Made by a program: the position numbers and the translations under genes. Of a DNA stretch of 64,000 bases, positions 38,660 to 51,669 are shown piece after piece. The stretch lies in contig CM120649.1 in NCBI GenBank assembly GCA_051362555.1, positions 4,030,001 through 4,094,000 on the forward strand, given 5' to 3'. How positions within the stretch are numbered: position 1 is the first letter of the stretch; each line of letters begins with the position of its first letter. Below the pieces are notes generated by a model that had not been told where the DNA came from, searched no databases, and was given only the letters and a program-made list of their open reading frames with translations. Source of the stretch: Lingula anatina. Taxonomy: Eukaryota > Animalia > Brachiopoda.

Positions 38660-39200
38660 TCACAATGCTGCTGTACAATAAAAACTGACGAAGCTCTGTT
38701 GCTTTCCGTCTGTCCACCTCGCTGAGTGCCCTGCACTTCCTAGGAATTTATAAGGAACATATCTGCGAAGACTCAGCAAAGATTGAGAGATGGCACATAT
38801 ATTTGATTTCCACCAATTCGACTCAATGCAACGTACCGGGCCTTTCATCCAGAGGCAAATAAGTTTACGCACAACACCAAGGTAGAGCAAGTGCATAGGA
38901 TCAAGCACAAATTGTGAAACTAGACAATTGAAATAAATGGTTTACATTTGGAAGTAATTGGTAAAAGGATAAGTGTTGAAATATCCTGCTTCATATGTGA
39001 TGCACCAGCAAGGGCATTTGTTAAACAAATCAAAGGTCACACTGGATATCACAGCTGTGAGAGAAGTACTCAACATGGTCAGTGGTGTCGTAAATTGACA
39101 TTCCCTTTTACTGATCGATTCATCTTTACAAACTGATGTTAACTTTGATGAAATGAGGGATAAAGAGCATCATCTAGAAGGGCCCTCTCCACTAGCACAA
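38660..39200. pseudogene. CACTA/EnSpm-like transposase remnants in two opposite orientations
   Basis: Minus strand 38660-38920: LDPMHLLYLGVVRKLICLW. Plus strand 38948-39200: FICDAPARAFVKQIKGHTGYHSCER. Frameshifted. Confidence 0.7.
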
Positions 39201-41500
39201 TTGTCAGCTCCCCAAACGCACGAAGAATGCAAGGAGAAATGGCGACAACCTGTGACTGCCGTTAAGAAAGCTCACTGTGGCATATGTAGCCACAGTACAA
39301 AGACTGGGGATTAGATGGAGCTCCTGCTCCACCACTAGATTCTACAACACTGGAATTAATAGACAGGCACAAGAACAACCCCACCTTCAATGGCATCTCT
39401 GACGGGTTCGAAACAACAGGTATTTAATGCTTAAATTATTTTACAATTAGTGATTTAATATATAGATTTGTTTTTATAAATGTACTGCTATGCTGACAGT
39501 AATAGTCTAAAAGACATATATCTGCAAGGATTTCTGGCAAACCACAGCAAGTTTGTCTATACAGTGTGTAAATCCCCTATACAGCGTTTAGCAAAACGTT
39601 GGATAAATATGCATTGTATAAAGCGTATAAACAGGCAGGGTTGGGTTGTAAATTAATCCCCAAGCTAGCAAAATGGTGGATAAATATGCATTGTATAAAG
39701 AGCGTATAAATAGGCGGGTAGCTAACCGTTAGATAAAATCACTATACAGTAGATAATTGCTAGGAACAACCTCAATCATTTTGAATATATAGTTGCTATG
39801 AACAACTGAGTCTATGTCCATATTTGGTTACCCACAAGGCACTGCTGCTAAAAAAAGTACAATCCTAAAAATGTCTTCTGCTGCTGAGAGGACAAGAAAG
39901 TGCAATTGGTCTTTAAGGGAAACTTCCCTCCCAACTGTACTATGCCAAGTGCACCAACACACCATCAAGTCGAAACTCACAACAAGCATTGACAACATAC
40001 AAAAGAAGTCTTGTTGGGAGGAGATATCTAACATGGTGAGTGCACTTGGCATAGCTCATAGGAGCACTCACGAATGCAAAGAAAAGCAGAGGAGCACATG
40101 GTGGCTAATGCCAAGAAGAGCATGGACTGGTAAAGCATGCTGGGGGAACTGGCAGTGAACTGGTAAAATTGATTGAGGTAGAGCTCCAGCGTTGGACCTG
40201 TTGCGCACACCCACCTGTTAAAGAATACACTTCGCTCTGTTTTAGGGGTTGTCATGGAGAATTTTTCTTTCAAAGCAGGTTGGCCATGGGCAAAAACATT
40301 TGTAATGTTCATTGCTCAAATATGCATGCATGCATTTTCACCATATTGCACCAGCTAGCCCAGTGTTCATATCATAACAAAGATTTAGTTCAGCAATAAA
40401 GCACCCAAGCATGTGGAAGAGAACGTCTATGTTAGCCCAAAAGGATACACGATCACAGCTTAATTATCTGTTTAAAAAAAAAATTGAATAAAAAAAAACT
40501 AAGGCACAACGTCATTCTAGCCTATTTTAGGTTCAGGTTGGCAGAGGATTTATGACTGAGTAAGCTTGCATATGGCTTCATTTCCCTGTATTGCAATAGA
40601 TCGCCAAGATCATTCAATTACAGACATCATCTACTTATTGTTTGCATATGTTCCCCCCCCCCCCTTAATTCCTTCTCTCTGTCTCTTTATTGCCATTTAT
40701 ACAGTACAGACGTGCAGTATGTTGCCTGTTCGCAAGTCAAATTGGTGCTTTACAACGCTGAATTGCGATGAAACTAGGAAGCCTGGAGCCCAGCCTTTTG
40801 AGCTTGGATCAGTTTCTTACAACATTGTTTGGGTCCAATCAAGCAGCTTTCCCTCCGTTTCTTTACTAGAAGGGAGATTAAGTGTGACTAGTACAGTGTA
40901 TTTGTTATGCCCCACCTCTCAAATACCCGTCTTTGGCCAACTTCATGCTGCAATAACAGTATGCCTGATTCAGTGCTACTCATCAATTTAAATGATATGA
41001 AGAAATTTGCAACTGAATTCAAATCAACTGAAAACAAGAGTATCTTTTTTTTTTATGTATTTCTACGTACTTGCACTTTGATACATGTACAACAGATCTG
41101 ATGTTCACTTTGATAATGCAAATAAAAATATGTATTATTATATTGTATGCAAGGATATAAGGAATGGTTTGCAAACAATTTAATACCGGTATGTCTGGCC
41201 TGTCTTAGGTATGGGTGGGTGCATATAGTACTGAACATTGGATAGTATACATCTGGATGGATTCTGTTTGACTGAACTGAAATTACATGTAGATTAATAA
41301 TCATAAATTATATAACAGTTGCACACTTAATTGAGCTAGCTAGCAAGACCATTCCCTATATCATTTCTTATGTCAAGTTTTCATCCCAAGTTCTGTCTTG
41401 TTGCCCAAAGGCAATTTATGTATTTTTTCCTCCTTGTCAAACCTGTTTTTAACCCATCTTTGGCTGACTACAATACATAATGCTTTATCAAATGAAAAAA

Positions 41501-41538
<38 letters not shown>

Positions 41539-42611
41539 TATTATTATTATTATTATTATGCTAATTCCTTTGTCTAGTTCTAAGTAAAAGGGCTATTTCA
41601 AATAGATGTTGGTTTCTTTCTTCTCTCTAACAGCCTAAAAAGTGCATCACTTACTAGAATAGATGTTTTAAGCATCTGATTCAGAAAAAAATATGGCTGC
41701 ACTTCAGCTCAAAGACTGTTATACTCAAGCTTCCAAACTAATTCACCAACATGGCACTAATACAAGTCTACCAAAACCATTACATTATTTCCGCGTCAGC
41801 ACATTTTATGCAGTTTGTTTTATTCAGGTGAGTGGATTTGCATTATCGTCAATTACATCGCATTGGGTAATGGTTCAAAACCAAGATTTTCTAAAATTGA
41901 ATATTTAATTTTTTCTCAATAGGACTATATTAAATACAAAAATAAATAAATAAATAAATAAATGAAATTAAAAAAATACTCATGGGTGCCTTTCTTTAAG
42001 AAGGCAAGGCATTTGGGGGACAGGAGTTTGTCTTAAATTGTCCTTGACATCTGTCACATACAGATTATTCCTATCTTTCAAAAGGTCAAAATTTTCAGTT
42101 TCATGAATGAATCTGACCAGCTCTTTTTTGAAATTGTGAACCAGTTGTCATATTTGACAAGGAAAAAACAAAACAAAAGAATCTTATCACATATATGGCT
42201 TGTGTTTTGAAATTGGCCCTCAGAAACCCGCAATCCCATTACCTTTACATGCTCCACCACAGAAGTTGGAAAAAAGGATAAATATCAACATGAAAGGTGT
42301 ATCAACAAAATTGTTTGGTACAGCAAATTTATCTTCCAGCTATGGACTGTGCTCTGAACATGACTCATATTGAATGGTGCATTGCTCATGTTTTTATAGC
42401 ATGCAGTCTGGGGAGACATCCAAAAGTGGCAAAAAATATTTCCAATCATCCTCCACCATGAATGCAACCAGTTTAATGAAAATGCACAAAGAGAAAAGAG
42501 AATGGAAACTAATATATGGAATATAAAGACCAAGCTTTAACATGGGACTAAAATAATGATTTTGGAATGAGCACTGCAGTTGGTTACATACAGAGATTAA
42601 CTGTATTATAT

Positions 42612-44348
42612 TGTAACGAACGGGGCTCCAATAGCTCTACACCGATGCCGACAAAAATTTACCAGTCCAACTTTAGTTGCCGTTTAGAGCCGTTTAAAGA
42701 CGAAAAGATGCCAAATACCCCATGATTTTAAACAAAGAAAGAAACGTTAGATTTGTACCGCTGTACGGGAAAGAATCAACAATGACGTTCCAACCGTGTC
42801 GACGTGCCGTCAGAAAGTGTGACCGCGCGACCTGCGCTCATGACGTCACGGTCGCTATAAATAACCGCTCAGCTGATCGTTAGCGGCGTCTTTCAAGTTC
42901 TTCAAGTTGAAGCGGGGAAGAAAGAAAGTATCTTAGAGTGACAGTCATAAAGCACAAGAGAGAGACAAAAAATGAGTGAAACGGGCTACCCGACGTAGTC
43001 GGGAAAAATTGTGAAGAATTTTCTTTTCGAAGATTAGTCTATTTTTTTTTTGTAGTATTTTGGCTGACAGTTATGTCAGCTACATGTACCGTTAGTTTTT
43101 AGCGAGTTTCTTAACGCAATCCTGTAACTGCATTCACCGTGACGCGCTCCGGAGGACAAGTGGTGGCTGTCAGATCATGGGATCCCTTGGTTGCAGATGT
43201 TTAGGATCCTGGCCAAGGAAGCCGCTGCGGCATGGACAATTTTGGGTGAAAGGCTGATCGGGTCCAAGACGTCATGTAGGAGGCGCCGTCGACAGCTCGG
43301 AGCTGAAGGGAAAATGCCAGCCCGAGTGCACAGTGTTCCCCCGTGTATGATCGGGGCAGTGTTATGTTCTTATTTTGTTTTAGTTCGGTCCGCCGGACGT
43401 GTCCCTTTGCATGCAGCTACCGGAAAGCGAAAAGAGACAGTAATGGTGAAGGACGTCCTAACCCTCGATCACGGTGCTCCCCTAGGAAACCTCCGCTCCC
43501 GCCGAGGCGAGACTGGGAACTTCCCATGGGACAGACGGGTCCAGGGCGTAGATAATGCAGGAAATGCGCCACGGAAGATTAACCTTGCTCTTTCAGAGCT
43601 AACAGTCACAGGTTCCGGGTCCGCGGGGTTTACTGCCGCCAAGATGTTCACTGATTGAACTGAAGGCCTCAGCGTTCCCCTACGATCTCGCCGCCCGTGG
43701 GTGGAAAAAGTGCCAGGACTGAGTTGTTGTGTGCATGAACCGTACCCGTGAGATTTTGCTGGTGGAGAGTGTCGCCGTGTCCACTTCACAGTCGAGTCAT
43801 CGAACCAGGTTCACAGACCGAGGGTACAGTCTGTGAATCCCATTCAGGTTCCGTTCCCGCGGCTGCGGCCGTGTGATGCGTACCGAGCTCCTCTGCCATT
43901 GCGAATAACAGCCGGAATGCTGAGAAACTGAACAGACGCCCACCATGAAGATATCGTCGCCATCCCCTAGATGACGCCGCCGCGTTCAACGGTCGTCGTT
44001 ATGCCGTCCCCAGGCGTAAGATATCGTCGCCATCCCCTAGATGACGCCGCCGCGTTCAACGGTCGTCGTTTCTACCATGAAGAAAGATGCTGATTTGCGC
44101 TACGCTACCATACCATGAAAAACGTTGCTCGATTTTATTACAAACTCTATGGCTTTAGGCCTTGTATATATCTCTTGAAATATCTCTTTTATTGAAAGCA
44201 AATTGGTGTATAATAATAATATTTGAACTGTAACCATATGCCTTTGTTGTTAATTTCGAAGGACCGGGATATACTTTCCCTGTTTCAACATCATATTCCC
44301 ACGTCGCGTCCAAGGTCGTGCGCCGACGCGGCGACCTCGCGCGTTACA
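42612..44348 (+). mobile_element. Solo LTR-like insertion (1737 bp), probably Gypsy type
   Basis: atat|TGTAACG ... CGTTACA|atat, i.e. TG..CA inverted ends with a 4-bp TSD. TATA box (gctataaata) at ~42855; CpG-rich; internal ~60-70 bp tandem duplication at ~43947-44071. Confidence 0.8.
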
Positions 44349-44352
44349 ATAT

Positions 44353-44830
44353 GTTCTTTAGAAAGAAGGGGTACAGTCCAAAGTTACAGAATAAATGGGA
44401 GGGCACATTAAAAATATTACAGAGAATGTCAGACCTAGTGTACCATATTCAACACAGTGAGAGAAGTAATCCCAAGATTGTGCATTATGATAACCTCAAG
44501 CCATTTTATGGGTCTAAACAGGTTGCTTATGCTAGGAGCATTTATCTTACAGGTTCAAGCCAACACTATGACGATGGATGGTGGGAGAGCGTGCAGGGCA
44601 GCCTCCAACAATTGTGTGAGACTGCCCTGCACCCTCACATCACCAAGGAAAATGTGGGAGAACTTTATGTGGTGGGCAGAAGGAGGAACTTAACAGACTT
44701 GACTAATTTTTGTATTAATTTTTTGTTGGAAAATTTTATTTTGATAGAGAAAAAGGTGATAGACGGGATTGTACAAGAAGACCCCATTTTCCTTTCTTGC
44801 AAGTTATTGTGGAGACTGAATTTAGAATAA
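44353..44830 (+). pseudogene. Gypsy integrase C-terminal (GPY/F) remnant joined in frame to a BTB/BACK-like fragment
   Basis: RKKGYSPKLQNKWEG..YHIQ..KIVHYDNLKPF, then LQQLCETALHPHITKENVGELYVVG..LTNFCINFLLENF. Confidence 0.65.
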
Positions 44831-45715
44831 TAATACAAGATTTGAACTTTGCTACAGTGTTGATTGATTATTCTTTTCGTTATTTGGAATATGAAAGATT
44901 GAGTCACTTTATAGTGGAATAATTGAAGTTGAACAATAAATTAAAAGCTCCTTGATACCCCATTCATTTCACAGAAAGAAGTGAAACAACCAGAGAAAAT
45001 CGAGACAGACCGAAAAGCAGGAACACTGAGAGAGGAAGCCAAAGAGAACAACTAGGAGATGGGAGGAGAAGTGAGCATAGAAGAATAGAACCCAGGCCTG
45101 CACTTCCCAGAAGCGACGTGCTCATTGTGAAAGTCAACCCTGAGGATGTCATTACACCCCCGAGAAAGACCATGAGGAGAGAACCAGAGGGAATGATGAG
45201 CCCCGTGACCACCAAAGGAACATAAGATAAGCTGATGAACAGAAAAGATGAAAAAAGAAACCAAAGAGAGAAACAGAAGGAAGAAAGAAGAAGTGAGTAT
45301 AAGAGAACAGAAAAGGAGCCTGCAGTTCCAAGAAAAGACGTTCTTCTTGTAGGAGTGGACTCCAGTGGTGTGAAGACTTCCCCTAGAAAACAGAAAGAAG
45401 AAGAAAGAGTGATCCCGGGAAGACAGAAGTGAAGACTGCAGTTCCTGGAAGAGACATGCTTGTGGCAGGAGTGGACTCCAGCGGTATGAAGACTCCCCCT
45501 CGAAACATTGAGATCAAAGAAGAAATGACACCTACCTGTGCCTGGAGTGAAGGGAATATTTCAGATGATGCAATTTCGGAATTGGAGAAAGGCTCTCCCT
45601 TGAGCAGTATTCTACACAGCCCCATAACTTTATATGGTGGATAAATCAGCTAAACAGTCGGTTATACATTATACGTCTCTGGGAGGTCGTTTAAATAATT
45701 ATACAGTGGATAAAA

Positions 45716-46290
45716 ATGGCGTACCTGCTGAGGTTCCACAGGAATCCTCAGCAGTATAATCCACCTAGACACAGGAGAGAGAGGAATTTTCGAAGAGAGG
45801 TATTTGACTTTGACAGCTATAGTGACTCTGAACTGCGTGCAAGGTTTCATTTTGGCAGAGAAGGCATTAATTTGATAGAGGGAATGTTGGAAGAGGAACT
45901 GCAGCCTGCTATTGGCAGAAGCTGTTCTCTCTCCGTGAGAGAGCAAGTTCTCATTGATTTGCGTCTTTATGCCTGTGGTTCATATCTCCAAGTGGTTGGT
46001 GATACTACCGGCGTCAACAAGGGCACCGTGTGCAGGGTTGTGAGAAGTGTCATTGGCCCTTTGCAGAAGAAAAGATCAATTTATTCAGTTCCCGATAGAT
46101 CCTAGGGAGAAGGCCACGATCCGGTGTGGCTTTTTTAGGATTGCCAGATTCCCTGGGGTCATCGGCTGTGTGGATGGTACTCACAGTCACATAAGGATAA
46201 TGGCGCCCATGTTGAATGAGCCTGCATTTGTGAACAGAAAGAATTACCACAGTTTGAATGTTCAGGCTATATGTGACCACAAAGGTATTG
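45716..46290 (+). pseudogene. Harbinger (HARBI1-like DDE) transposase, frameshifted and truncated
   Basis: SDSELRARFHF, SLSVREQVLIDLRLYACGSYLQVVGD, then after a frameshift FPGVIGCVDGTH and FVNRKNYHSLNVQAICD. Confidence 0.9.
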
Positions 46291-46674
46291 ATCTTTATTA
46301 CATATTCAAGGCATAAATATTAAAGTCTCACCGTAAATAACACATCCAACATCTGCAGCGTTCGTGGTTCAACTTTGTAAGTCGGCCATTTTTGCTTCTT
46401 TTGGGAAAATTTGGGACAATGCAGATTTGTTGGCCATCGGTGGCCATTGTAGAGTCTGATGTTTATGCAGCATCCACTGCAATGCAGTGGTTGTGTGGAA
46501 AACAATTCAACAGGGCAATAAGAGGGCTTACTTTGGCATGTAAAGCTTTGACATCTCTCAAAGTCAGCTTCTTATTTTGGTACCAAAGAAGGAATAGCGA
46601 AGTTTCACAGTTGGTGTGGGATGAGGTGTCAAATACGTAGGAGTTTTACAAGTCTTGTGCTGTGGGTTTTATGG

Positions 46675-48598
46675 CAGGGCTCGACAATAAGGATTGCCCG
46701 ATTGCCCGGGGCAAGTAGACATCGATGTCGGGCAAGTCCACTCACCTGAATGCTTGTCTGTTCGGGCAAGTGTCAAAATAAAGTAAAAGAACAGATATTT
46801 AATTTAATAAAATCGTGAAATCTTCGTAAATAGTGAATCAAGACTTCACTTTCGGTTTGTACAATCACGGCCATGTTAGCTTTAAATGTCTTACATAACT
46901 CGATATCTTTTGAACGTTCTCATTGGTTGACAGCAGGAATTGGGCAATGCAGGAATTGGGCAATGGCACTGTCAGGATGCAAAACTGTCCTTCATTATAT
47001 CCACCTTAACGAACCAGCTTAGATATTGAAAAAAATGCACTTTTTTTTTTTTTTTTTTTGGGGGGGGGGGGAGGGGGGCAGTAGAAATTAGCTGGAGATA
47101 AGTGAAATTTGTCTGCAGTAAGCCTGACTGGACAGGTCAACTGAAAAATAAGTGTCAGACTCAAGCCCTGCAGCAGTGTAATTATCACAATGCATTCACA
47201 GATATGCCAACTAATTTTAGAATTGTTATATACCCAGATAGAGACCGGACAAGTTGGAAAAAGTTTGCCGCCCAATGTCCTACGTTGGAAGGAACTAAGT
47301 CTAAGTCTATATAGGTATTGCTTGATTTTATGTAGATATAGATATATGTACGACGGTTTTCTCTCACCTTAGATCACTGCTTAATCATTTTCAGGTTAAA
47401 AAAGAATGCAAATATATTGAACAGTGCAATTTTTGACGGAACAATTGATAATTTGGGAAGATTTTTCCACACACTACAATTATTTAGAACTTCAGAGCAA
47501 TAGAATCCAGCCTTTTTTCAGTGTTTTTAATCATATAAAAATATTGAAATATAATGAATTTTCTCTAAATGATTTAAAATAGAGGATCAGAGAGGCGATA
47601 TCGCGTCCGAATATTGTACCACAAGCTGGGGTAAGCGCGATCATATAGACCCCCACACACACAAAAAAAGGGACACCACCACCAGTCTTGTGCTTGACAA
47701 GCTGTAAAAAATGCATTCAACAAGAATTCTCAAAATATGCAAAAAAAATATATACAACTAAAAATGGTACAATCAAAGTTCAGTTCATAGTAAGGTAGGT
47801 CAAAGGTCAATTTCAAGGTCACAGTAAATTTCCAGTATATGACTCCCTATTCAAGTTCAATAGCAACTATGGACCTATCTCTGCCAGTTTTGGAGATAAA
47901 AGGGAACCAAAATTTGTAAACTTCAATTCATGATGAAAAGTAGGCCAAAAGTCAATTTCAAGGTCACACTTAGATTGCCTCTAATGACTTCTATTCAAGT
48001 TCAATAGTTACTATAGGCGTATTTTTGCCAGTTTTGGAGATAAAAGGGAACCAAAATTTGCAAAGTTCAGTTCATGGTAAAAAGTAGGTCAAAGGTCAAT
48101 TTTAAGGTCACAGTTAATTGACTCTAATGATGACTTCCTATTCAAGTTCAATAGTAACGGAGCCGGCGGAACGATCCGGATGGGACTAAAACCATGTGTA
48201 CCGCCAGCGCTAACGCTGGTGGTACAATAATACATACATTTGATACAAATAAAATGCCTACAATATATGTAAATAAATATCCCATGTCTGCTACTTTATA
48301 AATGACAACAAATAGGAACTTAACATAGGAACAACATACTCAATTTCACAGCCACGCCCTAAGTTACATTCATTTATAGCACTGTAAGCAGTAACTTGGA
48401 TATCAATATGAATTCTATGCTGGAATGACAGTGGGTACTAATATTAGTATACTATTTCAAATATTTCACAGAACAAAAACCCCAAACACCAGAATATAAT
48501 ATTGAAATGAAGAAAGATATAAACACTGTTCATTTTTGTATGGTAAAATTCGGGCAAGTGATTTTCCAGTTCGGGCAAGTAGATTTTGTAGAGCCCTG
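46675..48598. mobile_element. Non-autonomous hAT-like element
   Basis: cagggctcgaca ... tgtagagccctg termini with clusters of subterminal cgggcaagt/ttgcccg repeats at both ends. No clean 8-bp TSD. Confidence 0.7.
47718..48230 (+). mobile_element. Helentron/Helitron-like non-autonomous element carrying a ~137-bp tandem array (about 3 units)
   Basis: Repeating aggtcaaaggtcaatttcaaggtcac..ctattcaagttcaatag..tgccagttttggagataaaagggaacc; 3' hairpin tgtaccgccagcg-ctaa-cgctggtggtaca followed by an A/T-rich end. Confidence 0.6.
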
Positions 48599-49249
48599 TA
48601 TGAGTGACCAACATGTATCTGAGACTATGTCTGAGGTTCTGCTGCCAAATTTCTCAGAATTCCAGGCCTGGGGACGAGGGGAATTTCCTTCATTTCAGTT
48701 TTGGGACTGCCTTCTTCAAACTGTTCTTTTAAAATTTATAAGAACAGGGTGCACTGGTGACCAAGAGATGCACCTTGTCTCAGTAAGGGCAATGTTGCCC
48801 AAATTGTTTGCCACAAAAAGGACAAACTATGCTCAATGGACCCAGTGTATCTATCAGATGTGTCAGAATCCATATACTCTACAGACATGTATTCAGGGTT
48901 CTGCCCAGAGCGCGACATTGCGATATTGTCGCTCAAAAATGGACAGATCAGATGCACTTCAAATAAAAATAGGGTCCCGTTTTCAATATGACAGACATTT
49001 TGGTATTGACATTTTTTGTCTACCTATTTCCAAACTATGGGATTTCTTTTTACCGTGACAATCGCGCACAAATGTTCACAACAAAAAGAACAGTATTAAC
49101 TATGAGTTGACTTAACATGTGTTAATACATATAAATATTGGAAAATCCAATAACTGTTTATTATAAGTGAAAAGTTATAGTAATAGCACACATCCTACAA
49201 TTATTTTTCTTTTACAACCATATATGTACTCTGAAGTGCCATATAATAG

Positions 49250-50189
49250 TGCCTACCGAATAATTGTGCATGTCGGGCAACTTAAAATTACGAAGTTGTT
49301 GTCCGGTCGGGCAACTGAATAATTTATGGACATAAAGAGTAAAGCTATCTCAAAATCTACACAGAAAACAAAAATTTAGCTTAACCTAAACCATTATGTT
49401 TTCCAAAAGATTTACTATCGCAGTAACCGACCTGCTGACTTCGTCGTGTTTGTGCAGAATCTCCGTTGCTATTATTAGATCTAGTTATTTATAGCTGGTC
49501 ACAGATAGAGACAGGAAGATGACGTAATGCCTGGGGGATGGGAGTGTCATATTTGCCGCTTTTCATTGGTCGAAATTAAACAGTGGCGGACATTACTTCA
49601 ATATTATGGCACTTCTTTCTACCGCATGTTTCTCTATCCAACTTTCGTCATGGAGAAATTTCTGAAATATTTTGACGATGCAAAGCCCGGATAAAGGTTA
49701 CCCTAACAAACAGCTGAGCCAGAAATGTCAAAGAAAAAGAAATTATCCGAAATTGAACAGATAAACACCAAAGAGGATTTCTACCGTCACGGCAATCGGG
49801 GCGCACTTGGTTTGTTTTTGACAGCATAGCTCAGCCTGCAAAGCATGCTGTCAAGGAGATTCTTCACCTTTCGGCTAATGAAAAACCTTACTACGATTAG
49901 ATGGCATTAAGAATCACAAGTCTCAGAGCCGCACGTCAAAGCGACGGCGCGAGTGCTGCCGGTTCCTGCTAATCAAAGTGTCTAGCGGACTGCTTGCATC
50001 GGCTGCAGAAGGCAGAATCTGAACGTACAGAAGTTTTAATGAGAACATGTAAGTTTCAATTTTTTTCTACCTGTTCTTGTTTTCTGCTTTAAAGTATTTT
50101 AACTTCTTTTTAATAAAATATAAAAGTGAAATTCTGATGACGATTGATTGACAAGCACTTTTTCTGGAAAGAGAAGAATTAGGAGTCTT

Positions 50190-50236
<47 letters not shown>

Positions 50237-51075
50237 GTACTGTATGATATTTTATATTGAATTATATAATTGTCTTTTCTAGCAGGATGTAGTAACAGAT
50301 TCTTTGGTTACTTCAAAGGAGAATGATGAAGATTAATTTGATGAAGTAGGTGAAATGGAGATGGAAGTAAACACAGTGTTTTTTATTTTTTGTCCTTCAG
50401 AGACTGGTCTGAACCAGGCATTTCATTATGTTTAAAATAGTGACATTCCTTTTTATATACAGACACTCTATATTCTAATCACTCTCTGTCCATGCCGTCC
50501 AACATGTCATGTACCTCTTATATCATTATTGTAATGGTGAAAATGAATGAGAGATGGACATGGCAAGAAATGCAGCACTTTAATTGTTTATTATGATAAT
50601 TATATATATGTAATACATAAATGTGTCCACATGTGAAACTAAGTTAATAGACTAAGAGGCAGAGAAATGGAGAATACTACTTCACTTAGCTAGCAGTAAA
50701 TATATTGAAAAATATTCTTCATTCTGGCTTGTCTTCAAATCTTGACTTGGAATGCCTTCTTTTCCTAGAAAATATTCTAGTGTCTGTACAATATGTATGA
50801 TGATGTATAGTTGTTCTTAAAATAATTGTTTGTGGGAAGGAAGACATGTTACCAAATGCTGCATTGTTGCTGTTGAGGTTCTTTAACATTAAACTGCTCA
50901 GCATCTGTTTATTTGCATAAATTAATCTGTTTAAAGCTGCACAGTGCATGTTAGCCTTTAACTGCTGAAATAAAAAGGAATCTTGGAAGTTTTGTGTTAA
51001 TTTTCATCGATTTATTTGGGCAACCAAAAGTGGATGGGGGCAACCCAAAAAATTTTAAAAGCTTATTTCACAGAC
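49250..51075. mobile_element. Decayed hAT-like element
   Basis: Subterminal gggcaac repeats near both ends; right terminus ttatttcacagactg; degraded coding-like stretch at ~49650-50050. Left boundary uncertain. Confidence 0.4.
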
Positions 51076-51541
51076 TGGCGTTGACAAGCTACTTTTATTT
51101 ATGCTAAAAAACAAGCTCGAGTGTAGTGCTTGCAACAGGTCATTAATAAAAATTAACTTGTTCTATGAAACAATCATTAACATTTCCAAAACGTTCAACA
51201 GTATTTCTAACCATCACAATGACCGCCGACCGTGGCTGATCCAGGGTTGTGATTGGTCAACAAACTCACAAGCAGGTCAAAGGTCAGTCACTTTTCCATT
51301 TTTGCTGCCTAAATTAAAAGGCCCCGGGCTGCGCAGAGTAAATTTGTCAAATAGTTCACGTCGTATTAAACTTACCTTTATCAACAAATATTTGCCTCTC
51401 AAAATGCAAGAATGGGAATCAAAATTTTCCACGGATGCCCGGACCACCCTCTTAATTGAAGCATAGAATTATAAAAAAATTCATATATCAATATTCAAGT
51501 CACCAATTTTAGTGCTTTTTATTTAAAAAATGGGCACAAAC

Positions 51542-51669
51542 CTAGTAATTTCTTGCCAAGCCTTCATCCTCGCCTCATTAGTTATTGTTGTTGAGAATTT
51601 ACTAAATAAAATACTTTTTCTCCTTTCAACTTCATCTACCAAAACTTCAACTTCTTCGCTTGTCAACTT
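51542..51669 (-). pseudogene. Myb/SANT-like DNA-binding exon remnant (Harbinger accessory gene type)
   Basis: The reverse strand reads KLTSEEVEVLVDEVERRKSILFSKFSTTITNEARMKAWQEIT, followed by ag|gtttgt. Not in the ORF track. Confidence 0.7.

Larger units (their letters stand above)
38291..46316 (+). mobile_element. Fragmented Harbinger element(s): TIR-like end, Myb/SANT gene pieces and transposase, interrupted by other insertions
   Basis: gggcccagtttcataaa at 38291; Myb/SANT pieces at ~39210 (THEECKEKWR) and 39871-40110 (RKCNWS..KKSCWEEISNMVSALG..RSTHECKEK); transposase at 45716-46290. That these pieces belong to one element is an inference. Confidence 0.5.
46392..48870 (+). pseudogene. Academ-like transposase remnant split by a hAT-like insertion
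   Basis: ESDVYA..GKQFNRAIRGLTL at 46392-46640 and LLKFIRTGCTGDQEMHL..MLPKLFATKRTNYAQW at 48600-48870. The family is recalled from motifs, not searched. Confidence 0.5.

Noticed and set aside
43191-43989. GC-rich ORFs of 67-155 aa
   Set aside because: They lie inside the LTR-like insertion, have no recognisable domain, and are expected from the local GC content.
24640-48160. Tandem repeats as CRISPR arrays
   Set aside because: The context is eukaryotic, there are no unique spacers between repeats, and no cas genes are present.
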